Part shown: piece after piece, positions 26,597-39,333 of the stretch
How positions within the stretch are numbered: the first letter of the stretch is position 1
Layout of the letters: every line of letters begins with the position of its first letter
Assembly: GCF_001194135.2 (NCBI RefSeq)
Contig: NC_068997.1
Location: forward strand, 5,269,131-5,333,130
DNA: 64,000 bases
Reading direction: 5' to 3'
DNA from: Octopus bimaculoides
Lineage: Eukaryota
Notes under the pieces: generated by a model
Database searches by the model: none
The model's input: the letters and a program-made list of their open reading frames with translations, nothing else
Told to the model about the DNA's origin: nothing
Made by a program: the position numbers and the translations under genes

Positions 26597-29500
26597 GTAA
26601 GTATATTGTGTATGTGTGATAAACAACCATTTTTTTTACTTCCTCCATGTTACATGTATGTAACATGTAGACTAACTTTTCCAATCCAAACATGAAAAAA
26701 AAATGGATGTAAGACAACAGTGGAGCAATTTCTAATTTCTCTATGGTTTTGTGTGTGATTCCCTGTCTATGGACGGTGCAGAACACAAATGGTTCTTTTG
26801 AAATAATTATTAACAGAAGCTAGAGTTTGTCATATTTAAGACTTATCTTGTCTCTAATGTAATATAGTATTTGAACTTGTTTCTGTATAATGAAGAATCT
26901 TAGTGGTATATGATAGAGATTGCTGGTGTGAATTGGCTAAAGTGTCTTGAATTACAAGACAAAAGAGTTGACAAATACAGTGAATTTGAATCTAAATGTT
27001 ACTTGGGAAAATGTTCCAGGTTGGATGGTGAAGAGTAATTTTCCAGCCTATTGCACTCTAAATAATGAAACATGTCAACTTAGTTATAACTTGTTAGAAA
27101 TATGGTGTGCCCTAAAGGCAAACTTTTCTATTTCTTATCAGCAGTTGAATGATCTCCATGAAAGCAGCTTCTGTGTGTTCACTCAAGTTGCTAGAAGTAA
27201 CAATCAAATATCTCTAAATTCATACTTTATTACTTAATTAAAAGAACTCTCGTTAGCTGTTTGATAATGTAAACAATCTTTTGGTCCCTGGTAGGTGTGT
27301 TAGTTGTTTTACATGTTGCTGCAACTTCCTCATTCCATTTGTATTTTAACTGTTGACCATAAGTGTTCTGTTTGGTTAAGGTAGGTCCCATGAATTATGT
27401 AATCCTATCTCATTAAACTAGATATATTGTATCGATATGCTTCATTCTTTTTTGATAATCATACAAGTATTCAAATATAGACTACATCTACATTCTGCCA
27501 TTTGAGTGTGCTTACCTAAAGTCTGCTGTTGTATGTGGATGTCTACATGGATGTAAATCACCACTGTTACAACTGTAGTACTGCAAGCTCTAACTCCAAT
27601 GGCTGCTACATTTACAGCATTTTGTTTGTAGTTTGTCATGATGACACATTTGCTTGAGCACTACTTTATCAAGTTTCTCCTGGCTACAAACATATGGGGA
27701 AGTATCTTTGCTGTTCATCTCAGTCAGCAAAGATGTCCCTAGTTAAGGATGTTCTTACATAAAGTCAAAGGATAGAAATCATTTCATCACCTTTTGAAAA
27801 GTGGAGTGGTTGCAGTTGTATTATATAGAGAAACATGTTCTAAGTGAAGCCTGTTACAGAATAATGGTCAGTAGGAAGGAAGAATGGAGAAAACAGTTGT
27901 TTCGCAGTCGCATTGAAAACTGCAAAGATCTTAAGTTTTGTTTAAAACATATGGAGTGAGTCATCTCTCAAAGCAAGTACAGCAATATAATCCTGAGGTT
28001 GTCATTTATTTCAGTGACTCCATCTTCAACATGGTTCTCATTTCTGTTGAAGACTTATTTGGTAAAGGGAGAAAACAAATTAGCTCCATTGCAGTACTAA
28101 TTCTTCAGCTCAATTAATGGATCAAAGTGAGACTAAACTACTTAATGATTAAAAAAACCTTTGGCTCAATTGACGACCATATTCAAAACCAAAAAGGTGA
28201 AATATTTTTTCTTGATACACTTGCGGGTAGCAAGAAAAACATTTCTGATAAGCCTACTGCTAGCTGAAGTAAGGAAGGAGGAAAATCTCTCTGACATTTA
28301 ACATCTTCAGGTGCCATTCTACTATCTGAAGGTAAAACAACTCAGTGTATTGAAACTGCTATTGAACCTCACCATTGTTTAGGGATGTCAGGGAAATGTA
28401 TTCTCCTTTTGACCAAATAACAGTTGTCCTGGAAGGGGACTTTCAGACCTTTTATCATTCCAAAGGCAACAAAAGTTGGTTAGATCAGAAGCTGCTTGAA
28501 ATTATCACATTTGTGAAAGTGTTTTAAGAAACTTAAACTGGAAGTAAACACCAGTTTTCAGCTGATTTGACTGAGAGACTTTTGGAATTTGGAGAAGTTA
28601 TTGTTGTAATTGATCGAGACAGAGACATATGGCTGACCTCATTATTTGATGAGCTAAAAAAAAAAATCTCTACCAATATTCATCACAACTGCCTTATTTA
28701 ACAAATGGTTCTGTAAAAGACCTAATCTTACTTCAACTAATATGGCTGCTAAGATGATTTTATCTTCGTCTGTAGACATTTTAGCTCCCAAAGAAACTAA
28801 GTATATGTGAATGTTTTTTTCTGATACTTTGTATATTAAAAAATTAGGTATATTATATATGCCCAAAACTAGAGTATATATGTGAATATGTGCTGTTTTT
28901 CCTGTTACTTCGTATATTCATAAAAACTATAGGACTCTGGGAAAACTTATTGATTAGAAAATTAATTTATAGTAATGATAAATATTTGATTAAAAAAATG
29001 TTTTCAAAGATATTTTTTATTTAAATTTAAGAGTAAAATATTCTTTTGTTATATATTTGTTTGCTTATTTCTATGAAGCTCAACTTGAACCACTTTCTTA
29101 ATTATTAGAATGCAACAATTTCCAGTGGAATTTTAACATTCTCAAATGGCAGATTGTCAATCTTTTTTTGACAAATTTATAAAAAAATAGTGATTTGTGT
29201 GTGTGTGTGTGTGTGTGTGTNNNNNNNNNNGTGTGTGTGTGTGTGTGTGTGTTCTATGTGAGCACATTTTACACTTGCTGGGGCACTGCCTTAAAAGATT
29301 TAGTTGATGAAATTAATTTCAGTACTTACATTTGCTACTTATACTATTACTAAGTTATGAAAAGATGAACAAACCTTAATTTGAATGTACTGAACTTTCC
29401 ATATATGCTATCCCCTTTTCTGCCATATATATATGTTGATTTGCAAACCTCCCTAGTTGAATTACTGGTCACTAATTTTTTTTTTCTTTCTTTTTCATTT

Positions 29501-29604
29501 GCTCACTTAAGAGAACCAAAGAAAAGAGAATCTGTTGTGAAAAGGTTGGTTAAAGATAAATTATTCCATGTGACTAAAGCTAGTTTTCTCATTTCTATAT
29601 TTAA

Positions 29605-29819
29605 CCCTTTAGCATTCACATTATTCTATCCAAAGCAATGCTTATTTATTCACATGTTTTTAATTAATCTTGCATTATCTTTGTAGCTTTGAAATTTTGA
29701 TGAGATAACTCTTAATTTTTAAAATGATATTGCAGAGTATGTGTAAGAGGCCAGATCTGGCCAGTTTAAACATAAAACTGAATATTTGGGCTGGATATGA
29801 TGCGTTTAAATTCTAAGAG
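29605..29819. mobile_element. piggyBac-like MITE, family A (related copy at about 41223-41445)
   Basis: TTAA|CCCTTTAGCATT ... TTCTAAGAG|TTAA, with shared internal GTAAGAGGCCAGAT. Confidence 0.7.
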
Positions 29820-30644
29820 TTAAAGTTAAGTGGTTAGCATTTATGAGATAAACTAGGTGTAGGTAAATAAGTGTACAAGACACCCTGTTTTGAAATAGAT
29901 GCAATATGGACAAATGGTTAAGTTTGCTTTGCAACAATGAAGCCCTGGGTTCAATCCCACTGTATGGCATCTTGAACAAATATTTTCTGTAGCCTCAGGT
30001 TAACTCTTACCTTGTGAGTGAATTGGGTAGATGGTAACTGTACAGAAGCCTGTTGAGTAGCTTGTACCTGTAACTCAAATGTATAGTTTTGTTATACATT
30101 GTCACTAATCCTGCCTGAGAATTACATTAAGCATGTACCTTTGGAATGTTCAGTCACTTAAATGCTAATTCAATTAACAAAACGACTGAATTCTCATTGT
30201 TGAAACTGATGGTGATACATCCATCAATATAAATGTAAAATAATGGGGCATGAATATAAAATTGCTAAGAAATAATCTTGACCTTGAACCTCAACCACAA
30301 GAACAACACTCAAAATTCCTCAAAGGTACTACAAATGATATGCTATGTAACATTGTAAGATCCACATTGCAAATATTCACCTTCCACTTTAGGGCTAAAA
30401 AAAAAATCAATATCTCGGCCTCAAACATACTCACATACACTCAGTCATTATCATTTTACCACATACCAGCTTTACTCATCCACTCTTATTCATGGCATCA
30501 GAGGTGGTCATGTTGGATTGTGTTTGAGATCCTCTCACTGAAGGATGGAATAGTCAACTCATTTTTTTGGATATGTGTACATAATCTTTTAATACCTTGT
30601 TGAATACCGTGATTATTAACGATGTATTTTGTCTTTCAATACAG

Positions 30645-30826
30645 ATATTGCTTCTTCCATGCTCGAAGAGCTGCGTTGCTACGTCAACGCTCAACACGAA
30701 AATGTAAACCAAAGGAAACTCCAGAAACTCTATTGGAAGAACTTGACCATTATGGTAGTCCAGAATGTGAGAGTGATGTTAGAAAATACCGGAATAATAA
30801 TGAAAGTCTTGCTAGCAGAATAATTG
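30645..30826 (+). CDS. KANSL2: KANSL2 coding exon 3
   Basis: YCFFHARRAALLRQR...ETLLEELDHY...SLASRII; cag| and |gtaaga; phases 2 and 1 fit the neighbouring exons. Confidence 0.9.
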
Positions 30827-31360
30827 GTAAGATGTCTTTAGAATTGTTGCAATGTGACAATGTGTCAACACATGAATGTAATCTACTATAAACCAGAACT
30901 TCCATGGCACTTTTTCTCCACCAAAATGTCTCAGAAAAATAACCCTAGGCCCGATATGCTTAGTTGGGCCAATATTACTTGGTTTAAAGCATTCAAACTT
31001 TTTCCTTGAAATTGTGCTCCTGAAATTGGGATGCATCTGATATGCCCATGCATCGTTTATGCCATTAAATACAGCGCATTTTATGCTTAACAGGATATTT
31101 AAAACTTGAGATTTGAACTGCCCTTTGTTTAGCATTTGTATTTAATGTTTCCAGACAAAACTGATGGGTTTGTTTTTTTATTTGATATTCTTTCAATGGA
31201 AATTTTAAATTCCAAATGTGNNNNNNNNNNTATCTTGGAATGAAACCAAATTTTCTTAAAATTGAAATCGTGTTCAAAGCTACCACACGTGCACATATAT
31301 TACTGTTTTACATTCATGTGTACACACACTCTTCATATTTTGATATTTGTTAACTTGTAG

Positions 31361-31475
31361 ATTATGCCAGCTCAAGTGATTCAGATGTAGAACCTCCTCT
31401 TGTTGACCAAGCATGGCGAGGAGAGGGTGAAAGTGATGCTGAGAGTATTGACAGTGAGCAGGATGATCCTTTGAA
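31361..31475 (+). CDS. KANSL2: KANSL2 coding exon 4
   Basis: VDQAWRGEGESDAESIDSEQDDPLK matches human [25 protein letters not shown]; tag| and |gtaagc. Confidence 0.95.
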
Positions 31476-31658
31476 GTAAGCCATCTTTCTTTCTCTTTAG
31501 ATTCAGCCTTGGCTTTTTTATATTGTGTTAATCTTTGATATCCTATATTTTGTCAACAACAGCTTTGTTAGTTTCGGACGTTCTGCAAACCAATTTCTGA
31601 TGGAGGAATAGAAAAAGGAGCAGCTGTGCAACTTGTTCAATATAAATATGACAAAATA

Positions 31659-32660
31659 TTGGGTCATCCCATAAATAATGCGGTTCTTTCAATTGCATGT
31701 ACTAAAAGTTGGAGGGGGACAGTATAAATTACCTGCATCAACTTGCTATAAAAGCAGGTAGTAATTTGACCTTGCGCTTATTCTTAGTGCAAGTTTTGAA
31801 GAGTGCAGTTCAATGTTATTTTTTCAAGGCTATAATGGAAGTGACAAAGGAACATATTTTGCTTTACGAGTTCAATAAAGGCAACAACGCAATGGTAAGT
31901 GCGAGGAATATTAATGCAGTATATGGGGATTGGACAATAAGTGTAAGCCAGTGTCAATGGTGGTTCCAGAAATTCCGAGCTGGAAACTACAGCCTAGAAA
32001 ACAAGCCTTGTCTGGGAAGATCTACAGAGCTTGACAAGGACATCCTGCAAACCCTGATGGAACAAAATCCTATAATAACTGTTGAGGAACTAGCAGAGAA
32101 GCTTGGATTTGGTCATTCAACCATTCATCAACACCTGCGTACAATCGGAAAAGTCAGCAAATTGGGTCAATGGGTTCCTCTAATCGTGTGCAGAGAGTGA
32201 GTGTGTGCTCTTTGCTGTCACATCTCACGAATGAACCTTTTTCTAGAAGAAAAACGACCATCTTTGGTTTGAAGACAAAAGGTGTTCTTCCATCAGGATA
32301 GTGCTTGGCCACATACAACGAGGATGATGTTCCAAAGGCTGAAGCAGTTTGAATGAGAAATGATGCCCCACCTACCATATTCGCTGGACATTGCCCCATC
32401 TGATTATCATTTATTCTGCAGTCATCAGCATCATTTGGAGGGGGAAAATATAAATTCTGTAGACGAGGTCAGGGCAGTACTGGAGGAGTATTTTTTGTCA
32501 CAGACAAGTGAATTTTGGAAGAGGGGGGCCTTGCAAATCTACCAGATAGATGGAAGAGCATTGTAGAAAATGGGGAGTATATTTTAGATAAAAAAAGAAC
32601 TTTATCTTAATTTTGAAAAATAAAACTATAAAAAATCGCATTATTTATGGGATGACCCAA
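31659..32660 (+). mobile_element. Internally deleted mariner in KANSL2 intron 4
   Basis: Perfect 24-bp TIR TTGGGTCATCCCATAAATAATGCG, TA on both sides, HTH region, WVPL, HQDSAWPH, YSLDIAPSDY. Confidence 0.93.
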
Positions 32661-33397
32661 TATTTTTGTGCAACATACCTGTTAATAGACTTTCTTGTTG
32701 GTTTACATACTTGTGCATATGCATACATGTTTCCACACATTTGGTCATTCAATCATTCATCAACACCTGTATGCAGTTTCACAAAACTTTGGTAAAGCTG
32801 AGACTATTGTTGTATTATACAAATTTTGTTTTAAAGTGACCTAAATTAAAACCTTTCATCAAAATTTCCTGTTAATTTATGTTCCAAACACCAGCTTAGA
32901 AATTATAAGATATTTTACTAAATTTTTTTATTTTAAAAATTAACTGTGACAAATGCAGTGTATTTGAACAGAAATATAACAAAAGGGTTATTAGTAGAGT
33001 GAAGGTCACAGATGACTTAGTAAAGGGATGTTGAAGTTTAAAAGGGAAGGGTTATTGTTTAGCATTCATATCAGCCCCCATTTAGTAGGTATTCTGACTG
33101 GCCATTTTGTGTTTTTTTTTTTTTTCAAATATATATAAGAATGATGCAATTGAAGATTTGGCTGCTATTTTTAGCAGGTTCACAGACCATATGTAAAAAA
33201 GCTCCTTTGTTGGCTCATGGAGACAGGTTGTGCATGAAGGGTGGTGTTATGTGGAAAACATTTACATGGAAATAATTCAAGATAACATTGTACTCCATTG
33301 TAGCTTTAAAAGATAAGAAATTTAGAATAAAATTGTAGTATTGTTTCATGTAAAAATGCTGGAAAAATAACATTTGGTTAATCTGATCTGTTTTTAG

Positions 33398-33561
33398 ACA
33401 TGCTGCAGTTTACACAGCCGAAGAAGTGGCCCTAATTTTAAGGGACAAACTAATTCGATTACAGTCACTCTACATTGACCAGTTCAAACGTTTACAACAC
33501 ATAATGAAGGAAAGGAGAAGAAAATACCTACACACATACAAGCAGGAAAGGGAAACTTTAG
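33398..33561 (+). CDS. KANSL2: KANSL2 coding exon 5
   Basis: [38 protein letters not shown] is nearly identical to human [38 protein letters not shown]; tag| and |gtatgt. Confidence 0.97.
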
Positions 33562-35671
33562 GTATGTCATTCAAAATTCCTCACATTTAACAATTTGGCT
33601 TTGTCCACTGCCTGGGAAATATTCTCAAATTAAAACATGAGAGGGTGCAGTAGTGAATTAATTTTTATTTTAATACCTAAAGTATTGATTAAAATCAGTT
33701 GTGTAGTATTTAATGGTTTTTGACTATAGATAGTACTACCATGACTACCACTTCTGAAAGTTACTTTGCTGCATGTTGTATTTTGAGGCAATTGGAAAAA
33801 ATGAATGGTGTGTATTGTGTCAACAGGGCTGTATCTTGTCCACTGGAAAGACTTGTCATTCTCAGCATTCCTCCCTGCTTAACCGTGAATTCTCTAGTTC
33901 TCTAGTCCACTTGACTTAAGCATGATGGGGTCCTGGGCGTTGGTGGTAGGGGAGTATAGGCAGTTGCCTTGCTCCCTGTATATTACTGGTTTAGACCGTT
34001 TTAATCATGTGGGTAACATTTTATTAGTCTGAATCAAAACTTCTGTTGTGATGGTCTTGGTTGGGAATGTGGGATTGTGTTTTACAAATAATGCATTTGG
34101 GTGGTAGTAGTTGTATAAGATGTTACTGGTAGCATAATTAGTAAGTGGAGTCAGTATTTATGAGGAGTACCACAATTGGGTGATAGGAGGACTCAGTATT
34201 TTATTGTAATTTAGAGGTGGGAGAAATCTGTTGAAAAATGTAATAGTTTCTGTTGGAAGAAATGTTTTAAAGTTTCCAAGTAAAGATGGTCAATAGATTG
34301 ACCTTATGTGCTACATATGATTTATAGAGGTACATGATTGACAGTCTGATTGTGACCTACTGTTACTGTATGCTTGTTAGTCAAGAAAAAGTTTTCTCTT
34401 TAACTCTGCCAAGCAAATAGATTTAGTCAATTGATTATGCTAGTAAATTTATTAAAATTCATACCACAAACTACATCAGCTATTGCATTTCCATTTTTAA
34501 AAGGTTTGGACTAATTTTTAGGGCTAATTTAATCTTTTATTGTTTTAATAATAGCAGTTGATAACTGAGTTTTAACTTAGTTTCTTTATCAGCTATTTTG
34601 TTGAACTGAAGAAATGTTTGTTGTGTTTCAGAAGGGTAACCCTTGACCTTTCACAAAGCCTCTGAGACTAGTAGTAGGGAGGGATCCTCAAGCCCAGCCT
34701 AAATGTCCACAACAGAGTGAGTTTAGTTACTGGCACCCAAAGTGCCAGTGAGGGCTTACGTGTACCACTCAGGTAAGGCCATGGTAGGACTTTAACTCAA
34801 AATGCAAAAGAGCTGCTGCAAATACAACAAGGCATATAATCCAGTAATCCTACAGTTAAGCTAATCCACCACTTTGGAATGGTATTTTATCAACCCTGAA
34901 AGGATGAAAGGCAAAGTTGACCTCAGTGCGATTTGAACTTGGAGCACTGAATGTCAGAACAAGTAATTATAGTTTTAGGTTGAGCTGATAATGTTACTTT
35001 AAGGCTTAGATTTTGTTAGCAGTTGAAGAAAACCAATTATGACCTTTCACATCACACTTTGTCATGTTCTCTTTGTTCAAACTACAACAGAATTAATTGC
35101 CTTGCTCAATAAACAAAATAATGACAATAGTAAAATCTGAAATTATAACCCTGTCAATGTTCTGTATACTGTAGTTTGAAGAGCAATGAGCTTTTTTTTC
35201 CAAGTTCCATATGAAGATCGTTTTCAGTCTTCCCCTACAATTTGATAACTTGAGATTTTATGTGCATGGCCTAGTGGTTAGGGTGTTGCATTCATGATCA
35301 TGGGTTTGATTCCTGGATTGGGTAGCATGTTGTGTTTTTGAGCAAAGCACTTCATTTCACGTTGCTCTAGGGCTGTGTGGGGACTGGCATGTCATAAAAA
35401 AGGTGACTAAAAGAGGTTGGGGTTGGAATTGCACTCTGACCGCATGAAACCTTCACTAGCAACAACTACCCAAAATAGACCCATGGGTTGGATGGTTGTT
35501 GCTTGAGTGGTGCAATGATGTCATCCACCAGGATTAGGGACTTGCCAACAAATGGTGGATGCGGTGATGCACTGTTGCAACACATACCCCCATACTACTA
35601 TTACTATTATTACTTCAGAATTATCAGGTATTGCCTACTAATGGCATCCAACCTTTTGTTTTATCTTGTAG

Positions 35672-35763
35672 GCTCTGTACAAGCCTATAAAACATCTCCA
35701 GATCAGAAAGATAAATATGCTAAACTTGTTGCTATGAAGAGACACCATCGACGATTTTGCAAG
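35672..35763 (+). CDS. KANSL2: KANSL2 coding exon 6
   Basis: GSVQAYKTSPDQKDKYAKLVAMKRHHRRFCK; tag| and |gtaaat; phases 1 and 0 fit. Confidence 0.88.
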
Positions 35764-36108
35764 GTAAATGTATTTGCCATTTTCAAGCTATTTTTCCAAT
35801 ATGTATTTTAAAATTGGTGTTAAGTTCATTGAGTTTTATTTTGTTGTAATTAATTATATTTTCCTTGTTTAAAATACTGTTTTTGTACCACTTCTGAATT
35901 GTAGTCATTTTCCATAAAATGATAAACCGATCATAACTAAAATTCTTTAGTAAAACAAAATTTGTGAATTAGAATTTTTTTAAATTTTAAACTGTTAGAT
36001 TATTTTCCAAGTTGATAATTATTGGTGTTAAAATAGATCTCACCTATTTTGTAGTTTTCTAGTTAACGTTTAATTAAACCCTACTTCCTCTTTGTCCTCT
36101 ATTCTTAG

Positions 36109-36262
36109 GAGACATTATTGTATCAGCAATCAAAGAGACGAAGAATTGCAATGACAGAAGGTACAAACTATCGGCCTGCTGGTTATCCTAAATGCATTCA
36201 CAATGAGAGTAATGTTAAATGTAATTCCCGAGCCATGCCACTCTCAAAATTTTGTAATGAAC
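36109..36262 (+). CDS. KANSL2: KANSL2 coding exon 7 (second zinc-finger-like module; ends at a U12 donor)
   Basis: ETLLYQQSKRRRIAMTEG...KCIHNESNVKCNSRAMPLSKFCNE(H); tag| and |GTATCCTTT. Confidence 0.92.
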
Positions 36263-36349
36263 GTATCCTTTTTATTTTATGCTATTCTTGGTTCTTTGTT
36301 GTTTTTTGCTCAGATGTTTGGAATCCTTTTATTTTAATTTGTTGTGATG

Positions 36350-36540
36350 ATTACCTCCGCCTAAGCAAAGGCAGAGGTATTGTTTTCAGTCGTGTTTGTT
36401 TGTTTGCTTGTCTGTGGACAAGATATCTCAAGAACTGCTGGATGGATTTGGATGAAACTTTCAGGGATGTTTGGCCTCGTGATAGGCATAAACTGATTAG
36501 ATTTTGGGATCAATCTGGTTCCGGACAAGATTCTGGATGA
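36350..36540 (+). mobile_element. Non-autonomous Helentron/HINE-like (rolling-circle) element fragment
   Basis: Starts ATTACCTCCGCC..AGGCAGAGGTATTGTTTTC with a subterminal hairpin and a (GTTT)n/GTCT microsatellite, then GGATGGATTTGGATGAAACT; this layout is typical of HINE/DINE-1-like elements. Confidence 0.6.
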
Positions 36541-36968
36541 GATCAGGTGAGTATGGTGGATGATGGAGAACTTCCAACTCCACACCAATGTCATTTTTGC
36601 GATATGCAGTCTGGCGTTGTCTTGCAATAAAATAGGAGTGGATCTGTTGACTAATCTAGTCTGTTTTTTTGTAAGTTTCTGCATCATTTGGTCCAGTTGG
36701 CTGCAGTATACTTCGGCCAGGTTTAATGAAATCATAATGGATCTCACCATCAGCTTCTTTTGGTGGCTCATCTTTGTCCAACCATTGGGCTGAATGTTTC
36801 CAGTTGTTGTATTGGATCCATTTCTGTTCACGTTACAATTTGATTAAAAAATGATTCATTTTTGTGATGAGAAAGTAGCGTAATGCAGGCTTCCAAATGT
36901 TGCTGTTTCTGATTTTCGTTGAATTCATGTGGAACCCACTTATCCAACTTTTTCACTTTACCGATTTG
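36541..36968 (-). mobile_element. Mariner transposase fragment
   Basis: KVKKLDKWVPHEF, LLQDNARLH and EVLHHPPYSPDL motifs. Confidence 0.88.
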
Positions 36969-37439
36969 AACTAAGCACCCCCAAAATAGACTCCCCGTAC
37001 TTGATACTGAACTTTGGTTAGAGACTGAGCAATAGAGTGCAGCTCCTCCTCTCCTGTTATTACATGAAACCCCATAGCTTCAAAATATGTTGTTCACAAG
37101 AACTCGGCTTTGTCACACATGAGAATAACATACTGATAGCAGACTTAGTTAGGATAATGAACAATGTGTGCCCACTATGTGAACCCTATGAAACAAAAAA
37201 GACATATACAGAACATCATGCACCGCATGCAGTTCTCTGGATATGATCAGAAAGATAGGGTTCAAGTATACAAGGGTGCTAGAAAGAAATAGGATACAAA
37301 GAATTTGTGACAAAGCAAACAGGGCGAACATATTAAACCGACAAATACAGGAGTACGTCCTCATAAACAAAACTTCCCCAATACTAAATAGGAAATATAC
37401 ATAGTAGATATCATACAGCCATACCCACAGTTTACACAA

Positions 37440-37676
37440 GTAGAGTAGAATAGTTAGTGTGCTATAGATGTACGTATGTGTGTATGTGTGTGTATATATA
37501 TATATATATATATAATGTAGATAGATAGATGTGTGTATGTATGTACATATATATGTACATGCACATGTATGTAAGCATATGGATATGAAGGTAAACAGAT
37601 CAACATACAGATGGATAAGTACATGAGTTATATGGACAGACAAGCACACATATGCAAACGAAGACTGAAGCATTAC

Positions 37677-37721
<45 letters not shown>

Positions 37722-37960
37722 TACTTCACACGAGGACACATATGGAGACACATCCACAGATATGGAGATGCACATCCATACATACAAACAAGGTACACAG
37801 TTGCAAAGCACAAACTCAGACATGCACACATACATAAAAACACATGAATATGCAGAATGCATACAAATGTACACATACATGCATGCATGCATGTATACGC
37901 ACACAAACACACTGGTCCACACACATGCACATAAACAAAAAAAAACCCACACAGTGTGAG
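37440..37960. repeat. Compound (CA)n/(TA)n low-complexity block inside the KANSL2 U12 intron
   Basis: (CA) run at 37683-37719 plus degenerate CATA/CACA repeats. Confidence 0.9.
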
Positions 37961-39172
37961 TAACAGACAGTTAAAACTATTGAAAAGGTTGCAAGATGCA
38001 AAGAAAATTTTAGAATAATAAAAAAGAAATAAGCGAAAATTTTACTAGTGAGTATGTTAAATTATAAGGTGCCAAAAGAGAATGACTCTCCCCAGACACA
38101 ACAGAACTCCTATTTCAAAACTACAAATTTTCGACTTATCCATCTCTAAACAAAAATAGCAAAAAACGATTTATAAATACTTTATAAAGCACAAAATGAG
38201 TTAGAATAAAGCAATAGATGTGTCAGCTTTCTAACAAAAAAATAAAGATTATCAAAATATAATAATGGCACAAAATGAGCAGCTGTCAAAGTTTACCATA
38301 TACCTTACTACAAATTTCATGCTTGATGACCTATTAGCATCGTTCCTTGGCGTCTTTAAGTTAAAATTTTCCAGCGTTTATAGAGTGAAGTAGCAGGCAA
38401 GTACTAGATTTGTGAAATCATTACTGGATTCCTCTCTGCTTCTTTCCTGTAATCTGAGTGGAGATGAGAAAACTACTATTTTCATTTTCTATTTTGTATT
38501 TAAATTTTATCAGTATGTCATATACTGTAATTATATTTAAACCTATTATTTTTAACTGGTATTTAGTTATTTCTAACTCTAAATAATAGTTTCAACCATA
38601 TGTTATTTAGGGGTTTCAGTGGTACAACAATATTTACTTAGGAAGTTAGAAGAGCTGGTCTATGTATTCACCCTGCAGTCTGTTTAAAATGTGTGAAATT
38701 GTAACAAATATTGACTGAGTTTGTCCAAGTTCCTTGATGGTGTACATTGGGTCATACACACAGTGTGAAATGTTAGCCTTAAGTTGAAATGGTAGTCTAG
38801 CTGTTCAGGTAAGCTTTACTGTAGTGATTATGTGAACTACAACACAGGTTATGTTCACAAACTGCTCATGTTCGTGAATTGCATATAGTGAATAAAGTAT
38901 CTGCTGTGATTGCTATGTCTTCATTTTATATAGACAGCTAAGCAGACAGATGGATGGGCAAACAAGTAGATATCTCAACTTGAGAGGTAGAATTGTTTAT
39001 GAATAAAAAAAGTACTTCATTTTTTTTTTTTCTTCAGTCTGAAAGAGAATTTTTATGAGTAAATATGAAAAATATTTAACAGATCAATAGTTGAATTTAA
39101 AAAGAAAATTATAAATGTGATGTTTTTTTTTCTTCAGAAAAATGGTAAAGTTTCTCCTTAACATATGTTCAG

Positions 39173-39333
39173 ATATCTTATATGATCCTGACCAGGTGCT
39201 CTATCAACCATGTCCTTTTGCCAATGGTGCCTGTTCTAAGCCTGTTTCTGTCATAGCTGACAACTGCTATTGCCAAGAACATGTACAGATTAAAGAGATG
39301 CACACAAGAGTCCCTCTAGTTAAATTAGAAAAT
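39173..39333 (+). CDS. KANSL2: KANSL2 coding exon 8
   Basis: (H)ILYDPDQVLYQPCPFANGACSKPVSVIADNCYCQEH resembles human HICQDTNQVLFKCC...CNKPV...CCPLH; ends |gtaagt, phase 0. Confidence 0.93.

Larger units (their letters stand above)
36263..39172 (+). other. U12-type GT-AG intron 7 of KANSL2 (2910 nt)
   Basis: Donor GTATCCTTT (36263-36271), branch site TCCTTAAC (39155-39162), AG at 39171-39172 with no polypyrimidine tract between branch site and AG; frame is restored (C+AT = His). Confidence 0.93.
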
